Shown: positions 10,730 through 21,151, counted from the first letter of the stretch. The stretch: 64,000 nucleotides of DNA from Candidatus Zixiibacteriota bacterium (GCA_037441845.1 JBBIRK010000005.1:128001-192000), one strand, 5' to 3'. The notes: generated from the letters alone by a model not told the origin. Numbers and translations are program-made.

Positions 10730-11509
10730 TTATGCGTTTACCAATTCTTCTTTACTCTTAGGTGATTCTTTCTTTTCCGGCGATTTTATCACTCCGAGCG
10801 GGAAATAAGGTATCATCTTGGTCTTCACGAATTCGATCGCATTCAGCGGTGTCATTTCCCAATCAGTGGGGCATTGAGAAATGATTTCGACCATCGTGAA
10901 TCCCCGCCTTTCGATCTGATAGGTAAACGCCTTTTTAATCGCCTTGCGGCATTTAAGAACATTCGCCGGAGTATGAACAGAGCAGCGTTCGAGATAGACG
11001 GCGCCCTCGAGCGTGGCCAGCAGCTCGCACATCTTGAAAGGATAGCCGTTGGCCTCGACCGTGCGACCATGCGGCGAGGTTGTCGATCTCATCCCGAGCA
11101 GCGTCGTCGGCGCCATCTGGCCGCCAGTCATGCCGTAGATGGCATTATTTATAAATATAATGGTTATGTTTTCGGCACGGTTTGCCGCATGAATCGTCTC
11201 CGCCATTCCTATGGATGCCAGATCGCCGTCGCCTTGATAGGAAAAGACGATGCATTCCGGTTTCACCCGTTTAATGCCGGTGGCGATCGCCGGCCCTCGG
11301 CCGTGCGGCCCCTGGATAGCGTCGCAATTAAAATACTCGTCGGCGAATACCGAACATCCCACCGGAGCGATTGCCACACTTCGGTCGAGGACATCAAGTT
11401 CCTCCAAGACCTCGGCAACCAAACGATGCACTACGCCGTGTCCGCATCCCGGGCAATAACGCATCGGGATTTCAGTCAAGCCTTTTGTTCGTTCGAATAC
11501 TTTTTTCAT
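10730..11509 (-). CDS. 2-oxoacid:ferredoxin oxidoreductase beta (TPP-binding) subunit
   Basis: YCPGCGHG, GDGDLASIG, NNAIYGMTGGQMAPTT, CPTDW. Confidence 0.93.
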   Translation of the reverse strand: MKKVFERTKGLTEIPMRYCPGCGHGVVHRLVAEVLEELDVLDRSVAIAPVGCSVFADEYFNCDAIQGPHGRGPAIATGIKRVKPECIVFSYQGDGDLASIGMAETIHAANRAENITIIFINNAIYGMTGGQMAPTTLLGMRSTTSPHGRTVEANGYPFKMCELLATLEGAVYLERCSVHTPANVLKCRKAIKKAFTYQIERRGFTMVEIISQCPTDWEMTPLNAIEFVKTKMIPYFPLGVIKSPEKKESPKSKEELVNA

Positions 11510-11552
11510 ATCGAAATCTCCGAAAATTATCGGTTAACGCCCGAAAAAGCGA

Positions 11553-12617
11553 TCAAACTCCGCCGAGCATTTTTTTCACCAACTCAAAAACCTCCTCGGC
11601 AGTGGGAATTCCGCCCGCAGGACGTTTGTGCAGCTCGATTCTGGCTTTCCCGAGAATCGAAAGTTGAACGTCATCTATGTACTGGCCGAGGCTCATCTCT
11701 ACGACAAGAAATTTTTTGGTCTTTTCGGCCGCCTCGGCGAAAATCTTTTTAGGGAACGGCCAGACGGTTATGGGTCGGATCAACCCCACCTTGAGACCGG
11801 CCTTTCGAGCCATGGCTACGGCCGATTTGCAGACCCTTGCGGCACTGCCATACCCGGTAAGTATAAGATCGGCATCCTCACAAAACTGCGTCTCGCAAAG
11901 AGTCTCCTTGGCGGCGATTTCTTCGTAAATTTTTTCGAGCTGAAAATTGAATTCCTCCATCTTACCGGGAGCCAGATCGTAGGATTTGACCCGCCGGCGC
12001 GGCCTGCCGTTGCGCACCCCCAAGGTCCAATCGTATTCCGGAAGAGCGGCCGGATCTATCGGCTCGAAATCGAACTCCACCGGCTCCATCATTTGCCCAA
12101 GCAAACCATCGGCGAGAATCATCGTAGGAATACGATATTTGAACCCCACCTCATAGCAACGCCTGGGGAAATTGGCCATCTCCGTAACGGAACCGGGAGC
12201 CATCACATAAACTCGATAATCGCCGTGGCCGCCGCCGCGCGTCGCTTGATAATAATCACTTTGGGCGGGAGCGATATTGCCCAGCCCGGGGCCACCCCTG
12301 ACCACATTGGCGTAAAAAATCGGCAACCGCGCGCCGGCACAATACGATATCCCCTCTTGTTTCAGGGATATACCTGGGCTCGATGATGACGTCATCGTCC
12401 TGGTGCCGCAGGCGGTGGCGCCGAAAAGCATATTTATGGCCGCCACCTCGCTTTCGGCCTGAATAAAAGTGCCGCCCACTTGAGGGAGACGCCAAGACAT
12501 ATATTCAGGAATCTCGTTCTGCGGCGTTATGGGATACCCCGCAAAAAACCGGCACCCGGCTCTGACCGCGCCTTCGGCGATCGCCTCATTTCCTTTCATT
12601 AATTTGCGTTCACCCAT
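11553..12617 (-). CDS. 2-oxoacid:ferredoxin oxidoreductase alpha subunit (VorB/KorA-like)
   Basis: GNEAIAEGA, GYPITPQ, QAESE, SSSPGISLKQE, RGGPGLG. Confidence 0.93.
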   Translation of the reverse strand: MGERKLMKGNEAIAEGAVRAGCRFFAGYPITPQNEIPEYMSWRLPQVGGTFIQAESEVAAINMLFGATACGTRTMTSSSSPGISLKQEGISYCAGARLPIFYANVVRGGPGLGNIAPAQSDYYQATRGGGHGDYRVYVMAPGSVTEMANFPRRCYEVGFKYRIPTMILADGLLGQMMEPVEFDFEPIDPAALPEYDWTLGVRNGRPRRRVKSYDLAPGKMEEFNFQLEKIYEEIAAKETLCETQFCEDADLILTGYGSAARVCKSAVAMARKAGLKVGLIRPITVWPFPKKIFAEAAEKTKKFLVVEMSLGQYIDDVQLSILGKARIELHKRPAGGIPTAEEVFELVKKMLGGV

Positions 12618-12626
12618 AAATCAGCC

Positions 12627-12830
12627 TCACTTCCAGACTTCGATAGCCACGTCGGGGCAAACATAGGCGCACATTTTACAGCCGGTGCAATCGTCCGGCC
12701 GCGCCATCGTCGCCGGATAATATCCTGAAGGCGCAAAATTCTTGGATATTTCGATAACCTCCTCCGGGCAGGCCACCACGCATAATTCGCACCCCTTGCA
12801 TCGGACCATATCGACCTCTATTTTAGGCAT
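12627..12830 (-). CDS. 2x[4Fe-4S] ferredoxin (delta subunit)
   Basis: CKGCELCVVACP and CTGCKMCAYVCP. Confidence 0.93.
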   Translation of the reverse strand: MPKIEVDMVRCKGCELCVVACPEEVIEISKNFAPSGYYPATMARPDDCTGCKMCAYVCPDVAIEVWK

Positions 12831-12870
12831 AATTTCCTCCGATCAATGGAGCTTTTTCACGCCCCTAATC

Positions 12871-12899
12871 AATATATAAGCCCGCAAATTGAAGAGCAA
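12871..12899 (-). promoter_or_regulatory. Sigma70-type promoter of the oxidoreductase operon
   Basis: TTGCTC-N17-TATATT upstream of a GGAGG RBS. Confidence 0.55.
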
Positions 12900-12905
12900 T
12901 TATTT

Positions 12906-12923
12906 TTGTAACTTTTTTCACAA
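12906..12923. promoter_or_regulatory. Palindromic operator (Rex-like or CRP-family-like)
   Basis: Minus strand TTGTGAAAAAAGTTACAA versus Rex TTGTGAA-W4-TTCACAA and CRP TGTGA-N6-TCACA. Confidence 0.55.
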
Positions 12924-12926
12924 AGT

Positions 12927-12963
12927 AAATAAAAACGCCTGTCACAATCGGGTTGCGACAGGC
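12927..12963 (-). terminator. Intrinsic terminator after the 62-aa gene
   Basis: GCCTGTCGCAA-N5-TTGTGACAGGC followed by GTTTTTATTT. Confidence 0.7.
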
Positions 12964-12988
12964 TTCGGGCGGTCGATGGTCGACTCCA

Positions 12989-13177
12989 TTATCCGTAAAA
13001 TTCCTTGTAGTTGCATTTGCATACAGGCACCATATTTTTGCGGTACTTGTATACCCCGCCGGCCGTTGAAACCGGCTGCACAATCAAAGTCGATGTGATC
13101 GGTGAATTGCATTTGGGGCAGTTGATCACATGTTTGACTTTTTTGGCCTTATCCGCGAAAGATTGTCTTTTTGCCAT
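12989..13177 (-). CDS. Small basic zinc-ribbon protein (62 aa), possibly ribosomal (bL38/DUF4295-like)
   Basis: GGAGG RBS, MAKRQ start, CPKC and CKC cysteines, Lys-rich, own terminator. Confidence 0.75.
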   Translation of the reverse strand: MAKRQSFADKAKKVKHVINCPKCNSPITSTLIVQPVSTAGGVYKYRKNMVPVCKCNYKEFYG

Positions 13178-13220
13178 TGTTCCTCCAACATTCCAAACTA
13201 ATATATATTATCGATTTTTC

Positions 13221-13388
13221 TCAACCAAGAAATTTTTGGAGATCCTGCCGCAAAGCCAGAGCAGCCAATACAACCTTATCGGCGGGTTCCAGTTGATCGC
13301 GAATATCGGCGGCGATCCGCAAGGCGTTTTCGAATTGTCTGGACGCAATCAGGCTGTAAAACACCCTTAGGCGTTCGTCAAACAGCAT
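13221..13388 (-). CDS. Small helical hypothetical protein (55 aa)
   Basis: ATG overlapping the end of the upstream gene; MLFDERLRVF...QFENALRIAADIRDQL looks amphipathic; ORF track start is 13421. Confidence 0.45.
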   Translation of the reverse strand: MLFDERLRVFYSLIASRQFENALRIAADIRDQLEPADKVVLAALALRQDLQKFLG

Positions 13389-14106
13389 TCTTGTTTCTGA
13401 ACCGTCGGAGTTTTTCAACATAGGGTTCGACTTTGTAGCCGTGTATTTTCAAAAAATATAGTATGCTGGCGGCCATATGTTCGGCGCGCCGATCGGCGTT
13501 TTTTTCGATTTCTCCGAATAGATAACTTACGATTCCGAACAAATGACGACGCGGATCATCTAAGTAATCCATCATTTGTTCCTGATATGCCAAGCTTTGC
13601 CTGAATTTCTGTTTCGCATCGATATCCAACCGATCGACCGGCTCGGCTCCAGCCGGATTTTCCGGCGGCCTTACCAATTTCAATCCGATCGGCGTATATT
13701 CATACCCGAGGGTTCGGCTTCTGCTTTGAAGATAATTATTGGCCTGAAGAGCTATTTTCTGAGCCTCACCGAAATCAAACCAGCTCTGTTTGGTTTGCTG
13801 GGCATGGTCGTTCGCCCGGCAGTATGAACCTATTTTCTCGACACAACGGGATAAAGTAAATATCATTTCCCGGTTAAAGCAGCTTTCATCCAACTTCGCG
13901 CCGACATGGTTAAACCAATGCTTTAAGGCCCTGAATCTATCGTCAAGCCGCCAGTATTGCCGGTTATTTCCGAATGTAATCTCCTCGAGTCGTTGGAGCT
14001 CGAATATCGCCTCGAACCGTCTTAATCTTTTTTCGGCATAATGAACCAGAAAATCAGTCAACTGACGTTCCAATTCTATCGCCTGAATCATCCTCGATAC
14101 CGGCAT
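13378..14106 (-). CDS. Hypothetical helical protein
   Basis: 242-aa ORF starting 1 nt after the DUF4388 gene; no motif recognised. Confidence 0.7.
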   Translation of the reverse strand: MPVSRMIQAIELERQLTDFLVHYAEKRLRRFEAIFELQRLEEITFGNNRQYWRLDDRFRALKHWFNHVGAKLDESCFNREMIFTLSRCVEKIGSYCRANDHAQQTKQSWFDFGEAQKIALQANNYLQSRSRTLGYEYTPIGLKLVRPPENPAGAEPVDRLDIDAKQKFRQSLAYQEQMMDYLDDPRRHLFGIVSYLFGEIEKNADRRAEHMAASILYFLKIHGYKVEPYVEKLRRFRNKNAV

Positions 14107-14107
14107 A

Positions 14108-14917
14108 TCAAGCTTTCTCCAAGAATCGATTCAACAGGGTTGTCAACATGTCGAGCTTCCGCTCTATACTTTGCCATTCGGAATCCGGCAGGCCGTCCTC
14201 TTCCTCGACGACCACTTCCGCAATTTCAGTCGCCAGCAGCTTTAGAAGAATTTTCAGCGAAATCAGCGGATCGGTGCCGAAATCGCTCAATATCCGGCCG
14301 ATGGTTCTTTTGCCGTCACAGAGCGTCAACAGATTCCATTCGTCGGCGGAAAGCCTGATTTCAACAGGGTTTCCATCCCTCATAGGTTTGATTCGAATCG
14401 GTTTATTGAACGCCGGCAATTTCGACATCAATTGAAGCATTTCGTCGGTCCGCCGGACACCTTCGAGGATCAACGACTCCGTCGGCAGGGTCAGAATGGT
14501 TTGCTCCTGGGTGGGAAATCTCCCCTCATAAAATTTGAACACGCCTTCATCCCAGGTCATCAAAGAGTATATGGTATCGGTTATCTGTTCGCGCAGGACC
14601 TCTTCGATATCGCTTTCGCTGGCAAGCTTCTTTTCAACCAAGATCGCACCCAGGCGTCGCTTGTCGCCAGTCTGCCTTTGGTACATCAATACATCTTTAA
14701 GCTCTTTATGGGCGATTTTGCCTCTGGCGATAAGGCGATCGCCGAGCCGATTCCTCCGATTTGGGGTGTAGGCATAAGTGATGTTGCCGTCATGGAAATA
14801 AACGATCACCGATTGATTGTGCCGATGCAGGCCGAGCGTGCCGGTCCTCCGCCCGGAGGCTATCAGCTGAAGAATCTCGGGAACGTTGAATTTTTCTATT
14901 TTGCCCTGAAGATCCAT
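14108..14917 (-). CDS. DUF4388 (PatA-N) domain protein
   Basis: MDLQGKIEKFNVPEILQLIASGRRTGTL, RLGDRL/RLGAIL, WDEGVFKF, LILEGVRRTDE, LCDGKRTI. Confidence 0.85.
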   Translation of the reverse strand: MDLQGKIEKFNVPEILQLIASGRRTGTLGLHRHNQSVIVYFHDGNITYAYTPNRRNRLGDRLIARGKIAHKELKDVLMYQRQTGDKRRLGAILVEKKLASESDIEEVLREQITDTIYSLMTWDEGVFKFYEGRFPTQEQTILTLPTESLILEGVRRTDEMLQLMSKLPAFNKPIRIKPMRDGNPVEIRLSADEWNLLTLCDGKRTIGRILSDFGTDPLISLKILLKLLATEIAEVVVEEEDGLPDSEWQSIERKLDMLTTLLNRFLEKA

Positions 14918-14997
14918 CGAAGAATCTAACTTAACTTCATCACCGCCGGAACCGGCTCGACCCGAATTTAGGAGATAGAAAGCTTTATGGCAAGCGA

Positions 14998-15864
14998 TTA
15001 TCCGATTCGATAATTGAAGGAATATCCGACGGCCTTGTAAGGGGCGGTCCAGTCGTGGGCATTTATCAGCAGAAAACGCAATTGCCCATGCAGCGCCCGG
15101 GACGGCATATCGAAAGTCGCGGTAAGCACGCCATTCGAATCGGCCGTCAATTCCGCCAGTCGGTAACTGAAATCGGCGGAGGGGATCATGAACTGCATGA
15201 AATCGGCTGAATCGGCCAAAACCATACTTACGGTGACCTGCTCACCCGGCGCGAAACGACGCAATTGATCAAGCGAATAATTGCCTATGACAAAAGTGGT
15301 TTCGGCCTGCAACGGCGTGCGATAGGTCAGGCTATCGAGGAAATGGTAGCTTTGGCCGAGCGACAGGAATCGCACATCGCCTATCGATGTAATCAGCCAG
15401 CCGCGTCTTACCCGATTAGGGAATCCCCATTGCTGGCAGATGACTTGTCGGCCGCCGCGGATCGTAAAGGGTTTGTTCGATCGCTCGATTGAATCCGCGG
15501 AAGCGTTGTAGCGCATCCCCCGAAACGAGCCGAAGAAGGTATTTTCGTAAAACACATTGCCTTGATACACCTCGCCTACCGGGCTGGGGACCGGCTGCGG
15601 CAAAATATCAATGACCAAATTTTCATTGGTGCTGTCGATTACATGCCAATACAGCTCCGTTTCCGAATCGGGAACGACGAGGAAAGCGGCCGTATCCGGG
15701 ACAGTCTGGTCGATTATATCGAGCGTGGTCAAGCGCCAATAGTCATTGAAAAGCAGATTATAAATCGCCTCCTCGTCGGTGGCCTCGATAGGAGAGAGCG
15801 GCTTATCGCCGGTGCAGGCAAAAATCACCGCCAGAAATGGGGCGACTAAAAATCTTCCCCTCAT
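14998..15864 (-). CDS. Hypothetical lipoprotein
   Basis: Signal [17 protein letters not shown]; start overlaps the uvrB stop (ATGA). Confidence 0.7.
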   Translation of the reverse strand: MRGRFLVAPFLAVIFACTGDKPLSPIEATDEEAIYNLLFNDYWRLTTLDIIDQTVPDTAAFLVVPDSETELYWHVIDSTNENLVIDILPQPVPSPVGEVYQGNVFYENTFFGSFRGMRYNASADSIERSNKPFTIRGGRQVICQQWGFPNRVRRGWLITSIGDVRFLSLGQSYHFLDSLTYRTPLQAETTFVIGNYSLDQLRRFAPGEQVTVSMVLADSADFMQFMIPSADFSYRLAELTADSNGVLTATFDMPSRALHGQLRFLLINAHDWTAPYKAVGYSFNYRIG

Positions 15865-17852
15865 TTTTTGCTTACCATTTTTTTCAAACGCGAGATTTCG
15901 TCTCTCAGCGATGCCGCCTTCTCGAATTGCAGCTCCTTCGCCGCTTTTTGCATCATTCTGGTCAACTGCACGATTTTCTCCTCCGCTTCCAAACGAGAGA
16001 CGGCGTCAAGTTCTATCTCAATCGATTTTTCCTCGTAATCCTGACGACTATCGGCGAAAGTGGTGGTTCGCAAAATGTCTTCCCTGGATTTATGTATGGT
16101 CTCAGGAACAATTCCGTGCTTCTCGTTATATTCGATTTGAAGTTGCCGCCTTCTGGCTGTTTCCTCTATCGCTCTACGCATCGAATCGGTGATATTGTCG
16201 GCATACAAGATGACCTTGCCGGCCTTATTGCGGGCCGCTCGCCCGGAAATCTGGATTAAGGATCGTTCGGAACGTAAAAAACCTTCTTTGTCGGCGTCCA
16301 TAATGGCCACCAGAGAAACCTCCGGCAGATCCAATCCCTCGCGCAATAGATTGACGCCTACGAGCACGTCGAACTCCGCAAGACGAAGGTCACGCAATAT
16401 CTCTACGCGGTCTATGGCGTCTATTTCGGAATGGAGATATCGCACTTTGATATCGAGATTGGCCAGATAATCCGATAAGTCCTCGGCCATTCTCTTGGTC
16501 AGGGTGGTCACCAGAACACGAAATCCCTGCGCAGTCGCCTGCCTGATTTCGTTGATCAGATCATCCACCTGTCCCGAAAGCGGCCGAACTTCCAAAGCCG
16601 GGTCAACTAGCCCGGTAGGACGGATTATTTGCTCGACGACGACGCCTTCGGATTTTTTCACCTCATATTCGGCCGGAGTGGCCGAGAGAAATATCACCTT
16701 TTTCATGTAGGACTCGAATTCCTCGAAATAAAGAGGTCGGTTGTCCAGCGCCGAGGGGAGACGGAAACCGTATTCCACCAATGTTTCTTTGCGAGACCGA
16801 TCGCCGTGAAACATTCCCCTTATCTGGGGAATCGTCTGATGCGACTCATCGATAATCATCAGGAATTCTTCGGGGAAGAAATCCAGAAGCGTAAACGGTC
16901 GTTGGCCCGGTTTCCTACCCGAAAGGTGGCGCGAGTAATTTTCAATTCCGCTGCAATAACCTATTTCCTGCAGCATCTCGATATCGTAACGGGTGCGCAT
17001 CGCCAGCCTTTGCGCCTCGAGCAATTTTCCGCAGGATCGGAAAAATTTCAGGCGTTCCTCGAGCTCGGCTTCGATGGTTTTTATAGCCCTGAGCACCGAG
17101 GGTCTTCCGGTGACGAAATGTCGTGCCGGATAGATCGCCTGTTTTTCCTTGATTTCAATAGTCTTCCCCTCGACGAGGTTCACCGTGGATATTTTCTCTA
17201 TCGTATCGCCGAAAAATTCGATGCGAACGGCAAAATCATCATATGCGGGATGAATATCGATCACGTCTCCGCGCACCCGGAAACTACCCCGGCCAAACTC
17301 GATATCGTTTCGAACGTATTGAATCCTTATCAAATCACGCAGAAATTGCTGGCGATTATATTCTCGGCCGGTCTCCGCAAGTACCATCATTTCCCGGTAT
17401 TCCTCGGGCGATCCGAGGCCGTAGATACAGGATACCGAGGCGACTATTACCACGTCCTTGCGTTCCATGAGCGAAGAGGTCGCCCTGAGTCGCAGCCTGT
17501 CTATTTCCTCATTCATCGATGTGTCTTTTTCGATATAAGTATCGCTTTGCGGGATATAAGCCTCGGGCTGATAGTAATCGTAGTAGCTGATAAAAAACTC
17601 GACCGCATTACCGGGGAAGAAGGCTTTAAGTTCGCCGAAAAGCTGGGCGGCAAGCGTTTTGTTGTGGGAGATGATCAACGTCGGCAGTTTCAATTTTTCG
17701 ATAACGTTGGCTATGGTAAAGGTTTTGCCGGATCCGGTTACGCCGAGAAGAGTCTGGTAAGGCTTGCCTGCGGCGAAATTATCCAGCAGTTTGGCGATCG
17801 CTTTGGGCTGGTCCCCCGATGGTTGATAGCTTGATACGAGCCTGAAATCCAT
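15861..17852 (-). CDS. uvrB: Excinuclease ABC subunit B
   Basis: [39 protein letters not shown]-terminal UVR domain. Confidence 0.98.
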   Translation of the reverse strand: MDFRLVSSYQPSGDQPKAIAKLLDNFAAGKPYQTLLGVTGSGKTFTIANVIEKLKLPTLIISHNKTLAAQLFGELKAFFPGNAVEFFISYYDYYQPEAYIPQSDTYIEKDTSMNEEIDRLRLRATSSLMERKDVVIVASVSCIYGLGSPEEYREMMVLAETGREYNRQQFLRDLIRIQYVRNDIEFGRGSFRVRGDVIDIHPAYDDFAVRIEFFGDTIEKISTVNLVEGKTIEIKEKQAIYPARHFVTGRPSVLRAIKTIEAELEERLKFFRSCGKLLEAQRLAMRTRYDIEMLQEIGYCSGIENYSRHLSGRKPGQRPFTLLDFFPEEFLMIIDESHQTIPQIRGMFHGDRSRKETLVEYGFRLPSALDNRPLYFEEFESYMKKVIFLSATPAEYEVKKSEGVVVEQIIRPTGLVDPALEVRPLSGQVDDLINEIRQATAQGFRVLVTTLTKRMAEDLSDYLANLDIKVRYLHSEIDAIDRVEILRDLRLAEFDVLVGVNLLREGLDLPEVSLVAIMDADKEGFLRSERSLIQISGRAARNKAGKVILYADNITDSMRRAIEETARRRQLQIEYNEKHGIVPETIHKSREDILRTTTFADSRQDYEEKSIEIELDAVSRLEAEEKIVQLTRMMQKAAKELQFEKAASLRDEISRLKKMVSKK

Positions 17853-17922
17853 CTATCACGCCACCATGATTAAAATTCGGCGAAAATTAATGAACATCTG
17901 AATCAATGCGTCGGCAAACGGT

Positions 17923-19200
17923 TCAAACCTGGCATTCGAGAGCGGTCATCACCTCGCCCACCGTATAATGCGAGCCGGTCACCAGAATTATATCGTCTTT
18001 ATTCGCGTGGTCGAGGGCGGCCTTATAGGCGTCTTTGACATGAGGGATAACTTGAAAATTCGTTGTGATTCTGGCGGCTTCGCGGGCAAGCGTATTGGGA
18101 TCAGCGGCCCTGTCGGTAATCGGCTTGGTGAGGATGATCACATCGGCGAATCTGTCGAGATCACGCAACATCGCGGTCGAATCCTTATCCGAGAGGATGC
18201 CGAACACCGCGATTATATTTCTGTCTTTGTAAAATTCATTGAAATATTCCCATAGGGTACGGATCGCGGCGGGATTATGGGCGACGTCGAGAATCACGAT
18301 AGGTTCCTTGCCCACCTGAGTGAGCCTTCCCGGCCACTTGACGTTACGAAATCCGGCGCTGACACCGTTCTGGGTCAATTTTATGCCGTCTTTTTCAGCG
18401 ACTTCGGCGGCGATAAGCCCGCATACGGCATTTTCGAGCTGATGACGACCGGGCAGCGCCAGGCGAAGATTATAATATTTTTGGGAATTGGTGAATATAT
18501 CGACCTCGGTCTTGGCCGAAGTTATCTCCTTTATGACCCATTGAGTTTCATCGAAAATGGAAATGAGTTTCGCTTTTCGCGACTGACACACCTGCCGCAG
18601 CACCTTGCGCGCATCGTGATGTTTCGCGGCGGTCACGACCGGGATTCCGTGCTTTATTATGCCGGCCTTTTCGAATGCGATCTGGCTGATTTGACTTCCG
18701 AGATGCTTGGTATGCTCAAGATCAATATTGGTGATCACAGATACCAAGGGAGTTATTACATTGGTCGCGTCGAGCCGTCCACCCAAACCGGTCTCGATAA
18801 TCGCCAGATCGACTTTTTCATCCCTGAAATAGCTGAAAGCCAAAGAAGTTACGGCTTCGAAAAAGGTCGGATTCAGCGATTCGAACCTGGCTTGATTGGA
18901 ATTGAAGAATTCGGTAATGTATTTTTGATCGATCAACCGCCCGTTGATTCTGATTCTCTCCCGGAAATCGACCAAATGGGGCGAGGTGTAAAGTCCGACC
19001 CTGTAGCCGGAGTTGGACAGGATGCTTTCAAGAATCGCCGAGGTGCTGCCTTTGCCGTTGGTGCCGGCGATATGAATGCTACGAAAAGCGCGGTGGGGAT
19101 CACCCAAAGCCGATAACAGCCTCGAGATGTTTTCCAGACCCAGTTTCATCCCGAAAAGCTCCAATTTCAGCAGATATTGCAAGATCTCCCTATACTCCAT
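17923..19200 (-). CDS. folC: Folylpolyglutamate/dihydrofolate synthase
   Basis: IHIAGTNGKGST, YTSPHL, ETGLGGRLDATN, WPGRL, DVAHNP; start moved to MEYREIL. Confidence 0.95.
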   Translation of the reverse strand: MEYREILQYLLKLELFGMKLGLENISRLLSALGDPHRAFRSIHIAGTNGKGSTSAILESILSNSGYRVGLYTSPHLVDFRERIRINGRLIDQKYITEFFNSNQARFESLNPTFFEAVTSLAFSYFRDEKVDLAIIETGLGGRLDATNVITPLVSVITNIDLEHTKHLGSQISQIAFEKAGIIKHGIPVVTAAKHHDARKVLRQVCQSRKAKLISIFDETQWVIKEITSAKTEVDIFTNSQKYYNLRLALPGRHQLENAVCGLIAAEVAEKDGIKLTQNGVSAGFRNVKWPGRLTQVGKEPIVILDVAHNPAAIRTLWEYFNEFYKDRNIIAVFGILSDKDSTAMLRDLDRFADVIILTKPITDRAADPNTLAREAARITTNFQVIPHVKDAYKAALDHANKDDIILVTGSHYTVGEVMTALECQV

Positions 19201-20050
19201 CGCCGGCCGCCTTCGGTTGCATATAATCAAGCAGTAAAGCCACCGTCTTCCGCATTTTGCTGCGATGAACGATGGCATCCAGAAATCCGTGTTCGAGGAA
19301 AAATTCCGATGATTGAAAACCGGGCGGCAATTCTCCGCCGATCGTCTGGGCTATCACGCGCGGGCCGGCGAATCCGAGCAGCGCTTGGGGTTCGGCGATT
19401 ATGACATCGCCCAGCGAGGCATACGATGCCATAACGCCCGCAGTGGTCGGATTGGTGAGAATCGAGATGAAAGGTATACGCTTTTGGTGGAGTTTAGCCA
19501 GGAGCGCCGAAGTCTTGGCCAATTGCATCAACGAGTAAATGCTTTCCATCATGCGTGCACCGCCCGAACAGGAAATGAGCACGAGCGGTATCGATCGCTG
19601 TAACGATCTTTCTATGGCCCGGGCCACTTTTTCACCCACCACCGAACCCATCGAGCCGCCGATGAAACTGAATTCCATCACTCCGAAAGAAATCTGCCGC
19701 CCTTCGATACGGCCGATGCCGCAGATTATGGCGTCGTTTATGCCGGTTTTTTTTCGGGCTTCGGCGATTCGATCGACGTAACGCTTGGTATCGCGAAAAT
19801 TCAATGGATCGGCGGAATAGAGATTGGCGTCGAATTCCTCCAGATATCCGTCGTCGAGCAAGAGTTCGATATAATCTCGGGCTGAAATGCGGGAATGGTA
19901 CTCGCATTTCGGGCAGGTCCAGACGTTTTTTTTGAGCGAGATTACGGTGATGATTTCACCGCAACCCTTGCACTTCGTCCATACGCCGTCGGGTATATCT
20001 TTTTTCTCTCCACCCGTCAAATCGCGCGATTTTTTGCGGAACCACTCCAT
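19190..20050 (-). CDS. accD: Acetyl-CoA carboxylase carboxyltransferase beta subunit
   Basis: WTKCKGC/CPKC zinc finger, GGSMGSVVGEK, SGGARMME, GFAGPRVI. Confidence 0.97.
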   Translation of the reverse strand: MEWFRKKSRDLTGGEKKDIPDGVWTKCKGCGEIITVISLKKNVWTCPKCEYHSRISARDYIELLLDDGYLEEFDANLYSADPLNFRDTKRYVDRIAEARKKTGINDAIICGIGRIEGRQISFGVMEFSFIGGSMGSVVGEKVARAIERSLQRSIPLVLISCSGGARMMESIYSLMQLAKTSALLAKLHQKRIPFISILTNPTTAGVMASYASLGDVIIAEPQALLGFAGPRVIAQTIGGELPPGFQSSEFFLEHGFLDAIVHRSKMRKTVALLLDYMQPKAAGDGV

Positions 20051-20493
20051 CAGCTCAATTCCTTCATCATGACAACGGCATCCTCAGTCGGATTATGGTA
20101 ATAAAGCCGCCTTTTGCCGACGACCCGGAAGCCGAACTTCAGATACAGACGGCGGGCCGCCTCATTGGAATCTCTTACTTCCAAGTAAATTTGGCGAATT
20201 CCAAGCGAATAAGCAAGTCCTATAATATGCTCCATCAACAGGCTTCCGAAGCCGGCCCGTTGGTGTTTTGAATCGATCGCCAGATTACCTATCTGCAGTT
20301 CGTCGGAAACCCGGTAAAGACTGGCGTAGCCGATCACGGTCCGGTTCAGGCGCATGACGATGGGATAAGCATAATCGGCGTCAAGATCGAAAGCGAACGC
20401 CTGGCGCGGCCAGGGATCGCGAAAAAGAGCCTCCTCTATCGCTGCCACCTGATCCAGATCATCGGCGGTCATCCGTTCGAATTGCGGCTTCAC
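20050..20493 (-). CDS. rimI: Ribosomal protein S18 alanine N-acetyltransferase
   Basis: GNAT; LEVRDSNEAARRLY, RRLYY, EDAVVM; adjacent to tsaB. Confidence 0.9.
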   Translation of the reverse strand: MKPQFERMTADDLDQVAAIEEALFRDPWPRQAFAFDLDADYAYPIVMRLNRTVIGYASLYRVSDELQIGNLAIDSKHQRAGFGSLLMEHIIGLAYSLGIRQIYLEVRDSNEAARRLYLKFGFRVVGKRRLYYHNPTEDAVVMMKELS

Positions 20494-20509
20494 CCGTGGC
20501 GAATCTCCA

Positions 20510-21151
20510 TCAGTGCCTTAAATACAAAGGTGCGCAGGTGCCGAGATCCAGATGTTTATTGTTCTTGATATCATCCTCGCCGAAGATTGCGGCGGGCACG
20601 GCAAGATTGAGATTATCGTTGACCATATACGATACGGCATTGAATCGCTCTTCGAACTTCGATTTGAGATGAGAAGGCACACAGAAAACCGGCTTCAACT
20701 CGACCAATTCTTTCAGAGCTTCCAAATCGCTCACATTATCCTCGCTTAACCTTACGGCTTGCGGAAAACCGCAATCGAAAACCGCCCAATAGATTTCATT
20801 GCGCTTGGCGTCGATTACCGTAACCACCCGCGAACGATTCGATATCAGGCATTGCGCCATGGCAGCCAGAGTCGATATTCCGGCCAACGGAATTTTCAGG
20901 CCATAAGCATAACCTTTAGCGGCCGCCAAACCGATCCTGACTCCGGTGAACGATCCCGGGCCGATGGTTGCGGAGATACCGGTCAGATCGGAAAACGAAA
21001 AACCGTTTTCCTGCAAGAACCGGCCGATTTCGTTCTGGATTATTTCGCCGTGTTTAAGACCCGGATGACTCAATTTTTCGGCGATCGATTTCCCATCGGC
21101 CGCCAGCGCCAAACCGAGGCTCGTTCCCGAAGTATCAATTCCGAGTATCAT
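20510..21151 (-). CDS. tsaB: t6A biosynthesis protein TsaB
   Basis: MILGIDTS, GPGSFTGVRIG, DAKRNEIY, PLYLR; alternative TTG start at 21163. Confidence 0.93.
   Translation of the reverse strand: MILGIDTSGTSLGLALAADGKSIAEKLSHPGLKHGEIIQNEIGRFLQENGFSFSDLTGISATIGPGSFTGVRIGLAAAKGYAYGLKIPLAGISTLAAMAQCLISNRSRVVTVIDAKRNEIYWAVFDCGFPQAVRLSEDNVSDLEALKELVELKPVFCVPSHLKSKFEERFNAVSYMVNDNLNLAVPAAIFGEDDIKNNKHLDLGTCAPLYLRH

Noticed and set aside
13221..14106. Frameshift or Sec readthrough joining the two hypothetical ORFs
   Set aside because: No slippery site, SECIS-like hairpin or Cys-type context was seen; a simple overlap explains the arrangement.
16629..17834. Long plus-strand ORFs (401 aa here; also 10874-11752, 11628-12386, 18277-19116, 48141-48968)
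   Set aside because: Antisense shadows of well-conserved minus-strand genes with no motifs of their own.
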